Origin: Epiperipatus broadwayi
Lineage: Eukaryota; Animalia; Onychophora
NCBI GenBank assembly: GCA_028023455.1
Contig: JAQFVV010000004.1
Location: forward strand, 25,606,001 to 25,670,000
Reading direction: 5' to 3'
DNA: 64,000 nucleotides
The notes beneath the pieces were generated by a model. That model did no database searches. It was given only the letters and a program-made list of their open reading frames with translations, and was not told the DNA's origin. Positions 52,753 through 64,000 of the stretch are shown piece by piece. The position numbers and the translations under genes were made by a program. The stretch's first letter is position 1. Each line of letters begins with the position of its first letter.

Positions 52753-53647
52753 AATAATATAAAATTATTCTACATGAATAAAACGTGATAAACAGAGCAG
52801 CCAAAATGCAAAAACATTAGTTATAAACAACAATTTGCCACACACTTTCAGTACTGTATACCAGAATCATGGCAATATAATGGACCTGAACGGTTAATAT
52901 TCCAGTGCATGCTCAGTGGAACACTAGTGTTACGCTGATTAATAACATTTTTAGACTTCGCAATAAACCAAGCCTCTTTCAACTTCCTTTTCCGATCATT
53001 TGACTCATTGCACACAGTAGTAATACTTTGAGAATAAAACTCATGACCACAATTATTTTCATGATTTGAAAAAACAGAATTAATCTGTAAATCACTTTTA
53101 CATTTTTTATACTGATAAATATGCTGTGGTAATCGGTTAAAACATTCGTCTTCATTTCACCATAATAAATAGCATTACAATCAATTTTTTTGCAAGTAAT
53201 GGAATAAACCACTTCATACTTATTCATTTCTTCTGCATTATCCTTTGAATTGTTTATTAATCTATTTAAACACAAAGGGGAATGGAATCCTACATTATAA
53301 TCTTCATCAACAGCATATTTATCAGTACAAAAAATCTAGAAGTGATTTGCAGATTAATTCTGTTTTTTTCAAATCATGAAAATAATTGTGGTTATGAGTT
53401 TTATCCTCAAAGTATTACTACTGCGTGCAATGAATCAAATAATTGGAAAAGGAAGTTGAAAGAGGCTTGGTTTATTGCAAAATCTAAAAACGTTATTAAT
53501 CAGCATACACTGAGCATGCACTGAAATATTAACCATTCAGTTTCAGTATGTCACCATGATTTTGTATACAGTACCAAAAGTGCTTGGCAAATTGATGTTT
53601 ATAATTAATGTTTTTGCATTTTGGCTGCTCTGTTTATCACAGTTTAT
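52753..53647 (-). mobile_element. 5'-truncated PLE 3' end (GIY-YIG plus A3-U8 HHR-like motif) as a fold-back, 13-bp direct repeat; third PLE family
   Basis: VVYSITCKKIDCNAIYYGE (52979-53275, -) and NHENNCGYEF...ESNNWKRKLKEAWFI (53282-53524, +); arms ~52775-53130 and ~53300-53649; tcttatgatacta at 52740-52752 and 53648-53660. Confidence 0.88.
52835..52875 (-). ncRNA. Decayed A3-U8 hammerhead-like motif (partner at 53551-53590, +)
   Basis: UUGCC-AUGAUUC-U-GGUA(UACAG)UACU-GAAA-GUGU-GU-GGCAA and UCACC-AUGAUUU-UGUA(UACAG)UACC-AAAA-GUGC-UU-GGCAA; their consensus matches the 6811 motif. Confidence 0.5.
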
Positions 53648-56600
53648 TCTTATGATACTACTAAATTCTGAATATCCTTGAATATCTAATATATAAATTT
53701 TAATAGGACTAAAAAGATATTTTTGCATTCTCAGATACCAAACTTTTTTCATAAATATATATTATGTGTTTAAATTAAAAGACATGAAATTGGCTCAAAC
53801 ACAAAGATAGATTGCATTTGCCTATATCTTGGCATGTACAGTAGACACTATTATCCATTCAACTTATGCATCATATAGAAGGTTATCACTTATAGATAAT
53901 CGATACCAGATACATACATCATGTAACAACATTGATTAAAATTTATAAATGAAATATTGAGAGACCATTTGGTTACAAAGTAAAGAAATTTTTAGCACAT
54001 CTACATACTTGGACAAGATGATATATAATCTGGGATTTGGGGTATTTTTTTCACAATATAGATACTGCCAGCCCTTAAAGTTGAAGATGTTATAGGCACT
54101 GGTAACAATAAGCTTGAACTTACATTCTTATACTTCAAACAGCAACTCTACATTATAAAAATGTTTTAAATTCTAAAGATTCATGGTGATTTACACTACT
54201 ATATATTTTATTCATATGATTTTGTTCTGAAACTTTTAATTATTCTAGAATCATATTATTTAGGATTACATGGCATCTCACAATTTGTATTTTATAATTT
54301 GAGCTAATTTGCAACATTTTTATTTATGACTTTATTATCTTCCTCTCAGGAATATTTTATAAATTTCAAAGATTATTATCCAATCACCTTGATCCCTTTT
54401 ATTACAAAGCCAAATTATTATCCCTCTTAATAAATTTGCATTTTATATCAATAGGTGCATGAGAGATAAAGATTTTAGTGTGAATCTTCTCTCTTCAATG
54501 CAGTTAACCAAAAAAGACTCATTTACTGGACAAGTTGCTCTTCTGTTTTAAACAGTTTTGGACACAGTTCGATCAAAAAATAAAATAAAACCTTGTAACA
54601 TTGCAGCTCACATATAAAAGTAGCTTTAGTATCAGTACCTATTAATATTATTAAACAAAATCTTACACTACAATACTACAATCACTATTTTTATCTTTTC
54701 ATTAATTGCTTTTTATGACATGAGATGGAAAAATATCCTTACTGTACACTCAACTATTCCTAAGAATTACAGGGACTATTTCTTATTGCAATATTATTTG
54801 CATTATACATTAATCATTTATAAAAGCAATTGAACTAAAGATTTTAGAAATATGCATAACAAGCCTAAACTCATCCTATGTGATAATGATGAGCAAACAA
54901 TATTCTTGGAAGCAAAAAAAAGTGTTCTTGCAAGGTGGAAATATATAAACAAGTATGAACTTAATATAAATAAAACATATGCATAGTCTAAGTATATACA
55001 CCATTATTTTAATCAAAACTTTTAAGGCAAACTTTCAACATCTATTCAGAAAAAAATATAAAAAAATAAAGTGATACTAGTTACCTCTCTATTGAAGTCA
55101 TACTTTCTATATTGACAAATTTCTTATTTAATTAATTAATTATAACAAGAAGTTTATATTATTTATGTATCATTTACAAAATCCTTTTACCTTTTCATAG
55201 ATTCATTATGCAGAAAACACTTTTGATGTAAAAAGACAGTCACTTTCTTACTAAGAAATCTTAATTTGCCTCCCTCTTTTAAAATGGCCTTCATTTTATT
55301 TATGTTTTCAGAATTTAAAGAAACCCTAAAGCTTATTTTTGTCCTTAACTAGAAAAATTCATCTCTCAGGCTACCTAACATTGAACTCATAAAGATTATC
55401 TATCACCATAATTTCCATATTGGGTTATTTTATTAAAACCACTGCAAAATATACAAAATATAGAATTATATCTATTGAAGAGTATATGAAATGCTCAACC
55501 AAATATTTTTATTGATACTAATTCTACTATACCTGGAATAGATAAAAAGCAATTTAAAAATGCCAAAACTGATCCATCTGAATATTTTGACTTTCCTGTT
55601 AAAGTCATTGCCTGGACTAAATTTTATTCAAACACTGATGTTCTATTTTTACAACACCATAGAGAAAATGAAAGTGTTTTTTTGTTTTTTTTTAACTTGT
55701 GTGAATGTTGATGGCTTTGGACACTGATGTTAATAATCTATAAAATAATATTTCTATTTACCCTAAAATTAACTTCTTTGTTAGTTTTTCCCTCTAATAT
55801 TTAAGATACCATGTTTGAATGTTACTCCATTTAATGAATAAGAAACACATTTATGTTGAGAAGCAATTCTAGAAAATACTCTGATAATTATGGAGCTAAA
55901 AATAAAAAATTCTACCCACCTGATATTTTCATGCCTACTGGGCATTTTTAAGATAGCTATAAAGCCTTAGATTTTATGGTCATGATACAGATAGAACCCC
56001 CTGTTACAATAATAAATATTTTCATTTATATTACTTTAAAATAAATCACTGCCACAAAACTGTTTAATACATGTTATGGGATTAACAAATAGCATACATT
56101 TGCTCTTGATTTTATTGTAAAGTAAGATAATGTAAAGCAAATGTTTAATTTGTTATTCTAGTTTGTTTTCAATTTTGCTTGTTTTTATTCTTTGCATGTT
56201 ATTTATGTATATATACAATATTCTCTATTTTTGTATAATTTATTGAAATATTATTATTTCTTATTTTTATTCTTTTGTATATGTTATTGATTTCTTTATA
56301 TAGATAACATTATTGATTTTTGAATAGTCTATTAGATATTATTATTATTATTAATAATAATAAAAGTAATTTTTCAGTCTTTACTTAGAAAAAAAAAATA
56401 TTTAAAATATTGAAATTTCATAAAATAAATTTTACTTGGCTTTTTTAAAAATATGGAATACTTCATATACATATTTAATCATATGTGTTAATCATTCATT
56501 GCTTGGTTAAAGATCATTGTCAATTCCAAATTGATAATGATTATTATTTTAAATTGTTAATGAATTGTTTGACTTATGATGAGAAATTCAATTTTGTGTT

Positions 56601-56829
56601 TAATATGTGAAATATCAGTCAATATAAAACTTTATAGCTTTTTTTTTTCAAATTTTAATGAATACACAGTTTTGTTAGAAGTTTTACTAGTGTTTTATAA
56701 TGTCTCTAAATAGTAAGATGTTTTTAAGCAAATGCAATTTTTTTTATTAAGAGATTTTTATTATTATTACATTAGTAACAATGGTCATAAGATTAACATG
56801 CAATATTACAAATGGTTTTACCTTATAAC

Positions 56830-59800
56830 CCTTAAGGTGGTAGGCCACCTGATCTCCTTACATCTCTGTTCATCTGTGTCACCTGAATATTGAAACAGGA
56901 CATATACTTCCTTTCATTAGGCTGAGGACCACATGCTTGCTTATCATGAAAATTGAGCCACTACTGCACCTTACTGCATAAGCACCTCCAATGAGTTGAG
57001 TGTCCATTCACTATAATTGACACCTGGCTATTGTAGAATGAGGTTCCTGCAGGAAGGTAAACAATGTCTGAAACTGACACATCCAAATCCTCTTAACATA
57101 ATGCTATAATCACACTCAAGTTGCTATAATCGCACTCAAGCAGATGACAATGTGAACAGTTCATAATTTTGATTTGAGAGTTTGGGCATAAGAAATGTTT
57201 GAGTCCAAAATAATTAGCCCCCATATTTAACAGGCACCATAATGTAATCTTGGGTTTTCATGGCAATAATCTTCTCCTTATATTGCTCCCACAAAGACTT
57301 TAGTTACAGCTGGAATATCATTGCGAATCTAGTAATCAAGAACACAAACAAAACAATAATCATCAGCCTTATTGATACAAATCAAGGAATAAGACATAAC
57401 CAGACCTTATGGATGCCCATAGCTGACCTCTAACTTCTGCCAAATAAGGACAGTCAAGAAATATGTGAATAGCAGTTTCTACCTCCCTAAGGCATAGGTA
57501 CATATAGGATCAACATTCTTATGATCCCTCTGGACCACATGAAACTGGCTGGTTGGTAACCCTCCCAAGTTGTATTTTATTAGAAAGTTTATCAATTTTG
57601 GCTCTAAGGCCCAATGTCTGGCCTTTACTATTAACCTTCTCATATTTAGCTCTAGTAATGCTGGCTTTCTCTCCTGATTTGGAAAAATTAACATATAGGA
57701 GTCCCAGTATGTTTTTTTTAGTTAAGGGGAGCTTGTCTACACTTTGCACAAACCTTTTAATGTAATGTTTCATTTCAATGTGCCATTTGTTGGATCTTGG
57801 GAATGGAGTGTCCATAAGTTCAACCAAGCTACTAATCTCTTCAGTTGCACTTTGTGTAGAATGTAGATTCAAGGCCATTCAGTTCCTTGGGTTTTTGAAG
57901 GCTGGTGAGACTGATGCAGATGGTGCTTTTTGGTGAATTTTTCCACAGCAATCTCATGCATATTGAATTAATTGAGGATTGAAAGGTCCTGGTTGGCCTA
58001 ATTATTGGTAGGTAAAGACCAACATATTCAATAGTGTCACCTTACCAGGTAGGGACAGATAGACAGAGGACAGGTTAGTGATGGTTCTCTCAGTTTTCTG
58101 TAACAGCATGCTCAAAATCTGGTGATTCATTTGTAATTTGGAGATTCATTTGTCATTTGGAGAGTGAGATGGGAAACCCCAAAAAATTCTGAGGCCATCC
58201 AGAGAACCTTATCTTAGCTTCTTGGTCTGATAGATACTCCAGATATCTGAATTCTCTGGATTCACTTTATGATTGAACTTCTCTGCAAATTCATCCAGCA
58301 CTTGGTATAATAATGGGAGGCTTTTGACTGGTGGTAGGATGATTGTCAACATCGGTTATATGATGTAATACCTCCCTTAGTGCTGGAATGAAAACACCAG
58401 GCAGCTTGTACTCTATCTCTTTGAGCAATGAATCAATATATGTAATAAAGCACAAGGTGCTGAGTGGTGACCCTGAGAGATTGAAAGATGGGTTCAAAAC
58501 CCTATGCAAGAGAACCATCTAATGAGATATAAATCACCCTGGTCAGCAGCAAATTTACAATTATCCTGGCATACACCAACAGGAGCCTGTAGCACCTGAT
58601 GATAGCAAATAATTGAGCTGGCACTACTGAGTCAAATGTGGCCTGGAATTCCAATTGGGCAATGATGGGCCTAGTGCTTCTTCTGGCTCTGATATGTTCC
58701 ACCAGGAGAACAAACTTTCTCACAGCTATCCCAGTGGAAGACCCCTTGTGGATCAATTGGTGCCTAGAAACTTTGGCCAGAATATTCTGCTGGATCCTCT
58801 CCTTGACCATTGATTTGATGGTCTTGAGCAGGAGAGGCATCATGGAAATTGGCCTGAGTTTCTGAAGGGAAAAGAGTTGGTGTACTTCTTCATGAAAGGT
58901 ACAAGGGAAATTGGGTGCAGGTCTGGGTTGGCCTGGAACTGTCCTGCTAGAACCTCAATCACTCCTCATACTATAGCCACTGTAAACCTGCACAGGTGAA
59001 CAAAAACAAATCTAGGAATTCCATGCAGGCCCAGATGGTAATTTGTGGATAGTCCAGCAGCTCTGTTGATTAATGTGTACTTCTGTAATCCCATGGTCAC
59101 CAACTTCCTGCTCCTCAGTCCAGAAATCACCAATTTGAAATGGGTGATACTGCAGTTTGGTCTTAAAGTATATCTTCTCTTAACATCCCTTTACCTACAA
59201 AATTACAGTTGTTCATGGTAACCATGGAAGATAGAGAACACTTCTTGGCACCAATCACCCAATGAAGGTAGATTTGTGTCCAATTGTGCTGCATGGACAG
59301 AAAGAGTTTTGCTCTTAGTCACAATGTAACTCACCAGCACCTTCTGCCTATCCCTATACTGGCTTTTAAGATACATTATATGCATGGTATTCATTCCCTC
59401 TGGAAAAGAGTGTTTTATCTACTTACCAATGTCATCTAACTCCCTGAATAGCCTGCATCAGCCCCTTGATGCAAATGGTAAATGTATTGATCAGTGCACT
59501 CAACACCCCCACAAAAACCAACCAGACCTGGATGGGTGATAACTTCAGAAGCCCTATCTTATGAAATAAGACATAGGCCTCTGAGAAAATTCACTCAAGC
59601 CTTATTTAGCATTTTTATCATCCTAGATTGATTAGTTGTGGAAAGAGACACATGATCTAATTTTAGAGACAACAACATAGCAAAGTGGTCTGTGAAAGGA
59701 ACCAGTTGAAAGTAGGCATGAAGTACATGATAAAGTTCTTGGCTAAAGAATAGCAGATCTATTAAGGAGAAGTACTGCTGAGTGTAGAATGAAAAGGCAT

Positions 59801-60080
59801 TATCCAGAAAACAGCTCTCACCATTCAGCAGCACAGGATTAATCAGATGTAAAAATTTAGATAAAAATTTGCTGTGTGCCATGTTGAAGTCACCAAACAA
59901 AATTATTGGTGATACTGTTGTGTCTGCAATGGAATTAATCCTGTTAACAAGAGAAAAGGCCAACTTGGAGTCCCTTGCAAGTATACATAGATTAGAATGA
60001 GGGTGGAATCGCTAATAGTCACTTCTAGAATTATAAGATTTTGATTTATATACAAAGTTCTTGAGTGATCCAAATTCAGT
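56830..60080 (-). pseudogene. Degraded non-LTR retrotransposon ORF2 (APE endonuclease, RT, CCHC)
   Basis: ILFGDFN, SLIDLLF and FTDH (59595-59963); (RPIS)MMPLLLKT...GSST...EFQATFDSV (58502-58843); SGSPLSTLCFITYIDSLL (58291-58518); NCSHCHLLE near 57150. Confidence 0.9.
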
Positions 60081-60292
60081 TTTTTATTAATTAAAACAGC
60101 AAATGCAATATTAATGAAATGTTACCACTTTATCACAATATGTAAGTACATAGTTATCTCAACTATCTATGGGAAAAGAATGTTAAGTATATATTCTGGG
60201 AACATTTTGTTGTGTAAAATTGTTTTATATATATATTCCACTAATGTGCTGAGATCTGTACAGATAAATTGTATTTTTAATTGTTAATAGTG

Positions 60293-60374
60293 TTTTAAAA
60301 TAAACATTACATAACTAATAAACTATAATTATTTTAAAATAAACATTACATAACTAATAAACTATAATTATTTT
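60293..60374. repeat. Perfect 39-bp tandem duplication
   Basis: ttttaaaataaacattacataactaataaactataatta, twice. Confidence 0.95.
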
Positions 60375-61882
60375 GATACATATTGAAACAGTAAGATTTG
60401 TATTCGAATCTTAAGTTTCACCTTTTTCTGTCGTCTCTCACTGACCGGTCTATCCCGCCCAAATTTAAACTTTTTGGTATCGAATTGTGTGTGTAGCAAT
60501 ATTAAAAATGTATAAATATATGTAGAATTCAGCATAAACACGCACACATTTCGATCTCAAATTAAAGGCAATAAATAAGGATAAAATAATATAATTTAGA
60601 TTTCTTTTAGTTATATATAATTTTGTATAATTTTAATCATTTATTTTGGATTATAAAGTTCATATTTATTGCTTTGTTTAAATTTCGTTTAATAATAATT
60701 CTAAAAAAATCTGATGTAATATTTAATTAAAGTTAAAATAATCTTATGTTCCCTTTTTGTCTTTGAAATTTAAAAGCATCGGTCAGTGATAGATAATAGA
60801 TTAATTAAAGAAAATTTTCCCAAAATGTAATTAGTAAATTTAAAATGTAAACAATAGAACGGCAGCTTTCTTTAATTAAAACCAACAAAATGCATTGATT
60901 ATCCTCAGGGCAGATTAAGTAGAATCTAAAAATACCTTAACAAAAATGTGAAAGATCAAGATAAAAAAAAGAGGCCATCTTAGACTTGCTGGAGACATTC
61001 ACTTCAACTTTAGCTTTGCTCTCGATCACTGAGAGTCTCCAAAATATAAAAATAATTTGTTCCTGCCAAGGTATGACCAAGTAAAGCACCTAGATTATTC
61101 TCCATCGGGAGATGTCCTATCAGATGCCAAACTTTCCATTGCCCATCATAAATTCACCATGAAGATCTGCTGCCTGAAATAAATGAGAAAGCTGCTGCTG
61201 CTGTGAAAGTAAATGAAATATAAATACAAGAAAGAATTGCCACTCGTGAACTTTTTGCTGCTAAACTAATGGAATCAGAAAACTTCTTATAAAACAGGTA
61301 CCTGTCTGTGTTCAAACTCTAGAGTACTCTAATAATATGCTATAGCACTTCTTCATATTACTTATCTAAATTATAAAATGTAAAAACTATCATTTGTATA
61401 ACTAAAATTGAATAATTAATTTAATGTGTAAATTTCTCTAATAATCTAGCTTACCTCACTCTATCTTTCTTGGATGCGTATTTCTCAAATCTACATTTTA
61501 TCTATCATTATTATATAATTATTGCATGCTCATAATTGTCTCAATTTTCAAAGTTTAAATCTATGATCGATTGGAACAATGAAGGCATGTCAAATTTTCA
61601 TTAATATTTGCTTTCATAACTAACTTAACTTTCATATAAATCGACACGCATTCAATGCATCATTTATTGTAATGCAGGGGTCTACTACTTCGCAAATGGC
61701 TGATGTATTAGTTGTAATCATTCCCAGTTTAGATATGTTTTGTATATATTAAATCTTAATGAAAAATTCCATCAAATTACATTTCTTTGAGAGTCACCAA
61801 CATTCTTTAGTAAATGTTGATAATGTAGGGCTGAATTAGAAATCTATTTAAATCTTATCATAATCATTTATACTTATACATG

Positions 61883-63017
61883 TGTTACGTTTTAAAGACA
61901 CGATGATCTATTCTGCCGTAAATATTCCGGATTCTTCAGGGTTGAAATTAACCCCAGTCGTCCTACACAAGCGGACATAATAAATGCTCCCGTAGGATTT
62001 GACCTGTCATGCAGCCAGCCGGAAAATTGCGACACGGACCGCTTGTCCCTGGTTATGCTTATGTGACACCTTACTTCATCGGGCCGAGGCAGAGACCAGC
62101 CCGACAGTCTTATAAACTCATTCACGGCATTGCAGTTTCAATATACTGCCATTCCATATCGCCTTTCTAAAGCGTACCATGTGTTCATTTACTTAATTTT
62201 ATTATTCTATATATCACTCCGCCTCTGCATTATCTTCGTAATTCACTCTCAAATAAATGTTTGCCCTTAGTCATAAAATAAATATTTTAATTAAATAAAT
62301 ATATGTCAGACTCTTGCATTGCAAAGGTATAAATTCCCCAAGGCATGCATTAGAAATACTTACTCGAGAATTTTAGGTAGCTAGATTACGCCTTCAAATA
62401 AATGAATTCCTTTTGTAAACATTACAGTATCGGAAATACCATTACTGAGGTCCTCAAGATAAAATAAGGTCGAAACAAATAAATGTATTCCTTTTGTAAA
62501 CATTACAGTATCGGAAATACCGCTACTGAAGTCCTCAATATAAAATAATGTATAAATAAATAAATAAATGTATTCTTTAAAATATAATAGTATTGCAAAT
62601 CCCGCTAATGAAGCTTTGAATCCATAAAATATTATTAGTAAATGATTTTCTTATTAAAATGTGTGAATAAATAATTTTAAACTATACGTCTGCAGTTACA
62701 TTTCATTTATTCGATACCCATTCTATATAATATTTCCTCGATTATGTAAATATGAAGGTTTAATTAATATTACTTTGATTATTGGCTAACTCGAGAATAA
62801 AATCATGAATCTCTTGCATATCCCTGACCACTGTGCCTAAGGAAACATTTACTAATGTCGCATCAGATGCATTGTTTCATGGATTGTATTGTGGAACCGA
62901 TAAACTATGTTCGAACTCAGTAACATGGGTGGCTTCGCTACCTCGGTGGTGCTGCTGTTCTGTGTGGTGGTCGAATTCTGCACTATGTTTACGAGTCACA
63001 CATTTTCTGACTGTTAC
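61883..63017 (-). mobile_element. CpG-rich LTR-like insert
   Basis: Minus strand begins atatat|TGTAACAG (same start context as 15574 and 28342) and ends CGTAACA; GC/CpG-rich relative to flanks; no recognisable ORF; target duplication not evident. Confidence 0.4.
62396..62630. repeat. About three tandem units of 81-85 bp
   Basis: aatg(a/t)attccttttgtaaacattacagtatcggaaatacc at 62401 and 62482; decayed third unit at 62567. Confidence 0.85.
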
Positions 63018-64000
63018 AATATATATTACAAAGTGAAGTAAGCCACATTTTCTCAGGACATAAATAAATAACATTCTGACAATAAAGAATTTACATAGAA
63101 GCTAAGTATATGTCAGCATATATTTACTTTATTTTTAAGCAATTAATTAAAACTTTTGTTGCATGTGGGCATAAGTCGACCACATAAACTGCATTTAAAT
63201 ATAACAAATTTGATTCACTTTAGTTCATTTTTATAGTATCAGTTTAGCATACATTGAATATATATATATACATACACACCTGGGTCATATACACACCTGG
63301 GTCTCTTATTATGCAGTAGATAGGTTCCACAAAAAATCCGCATTAAAATATCGCACAAAAATAGACTTAACTTACATTGAAAAATGTGGGATACATTTCT
63401 TAATTTTCAGAACTTGCATAAAATCAAATCAACAAGCTAAAATGACTTTAAAATTCACATTAAAAAAAGGAAATAAAGTATGACTAATAAAAAATTTCAA
63501 ATATTTGAAAAAAATTGATACAAGAAAAACTTTTTTTACTTTTTTTATTAACTATTTAATTTTCTTCAAAACAATATGTTTTTATGTGTACTTTATTTTA
63601 CATTTTTTGATACATATTTTAATCATTATTGCTATTTGACAATATGCAGATTCATTTGTGAACTAATAAGAAATCAGATTCATCACAAGAGGAAATACAA
63701 ATAGTGTCGACTTCAGTCTCGTGCTATGTTAATGGTTTTCTGTTGACAATGTAATCAGTAATTAAACTTTGAGATGATGATTTTACTAATTGTTTATACT
63801 GTTTATAAAGTTCATGATATCCAGACTGTTATGTCTACCTGTTAGGTAATGCACTTCCGTGAGTGCAACTATATATATATAAACACGCTTCCATGTGTGT
63901 GTTAATAATGACTGTTAATTTTTCTTTTATACACATATATACATGGAGAAACTTTTAGATAGAAAAAAGTTAGAAGTAAAAATATTTAAGAACTTTTAAA

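Noticed and set aside
60960-61300. GC-richer block with an acceptor-like tttatttcag on the minus strand as a coding exon
   Set aside because: All three frames stop shortly after the acceptor.

Overview
Very AT-rich eukaryotic (invertebrate/arthropod-like; species not determinable) non-coding DNA with no intact host gene that I can support. It is a graveyard of transposable elements: at least three different Penelope-like retroelement (PLE) relics (RT and/or GIY-YIG at ~7.0-10.6, 30.9-32.0 and 52.8-53.6 kb), a near-complete but broken hAT transposase (39.7-41.7 kb), a broken APE+RT LINE ORF2 (56.8-60.1 kb), a MITE, a tRNA-like SINE head and two LTR-like inserts. The most striking signal is a dense set of minimal hammerhead-ribozyme (HHR) motifs in three covarying core versions (C3-G8, A3-U8, U3-A8), each with a self-complementary stem III. 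Most sit in head-to-head fold-back cassettes, five of which are flanked by 13-14 bp direct repeats that look like target-site duplications. All alignments and folds were done by eye; no searches were run.
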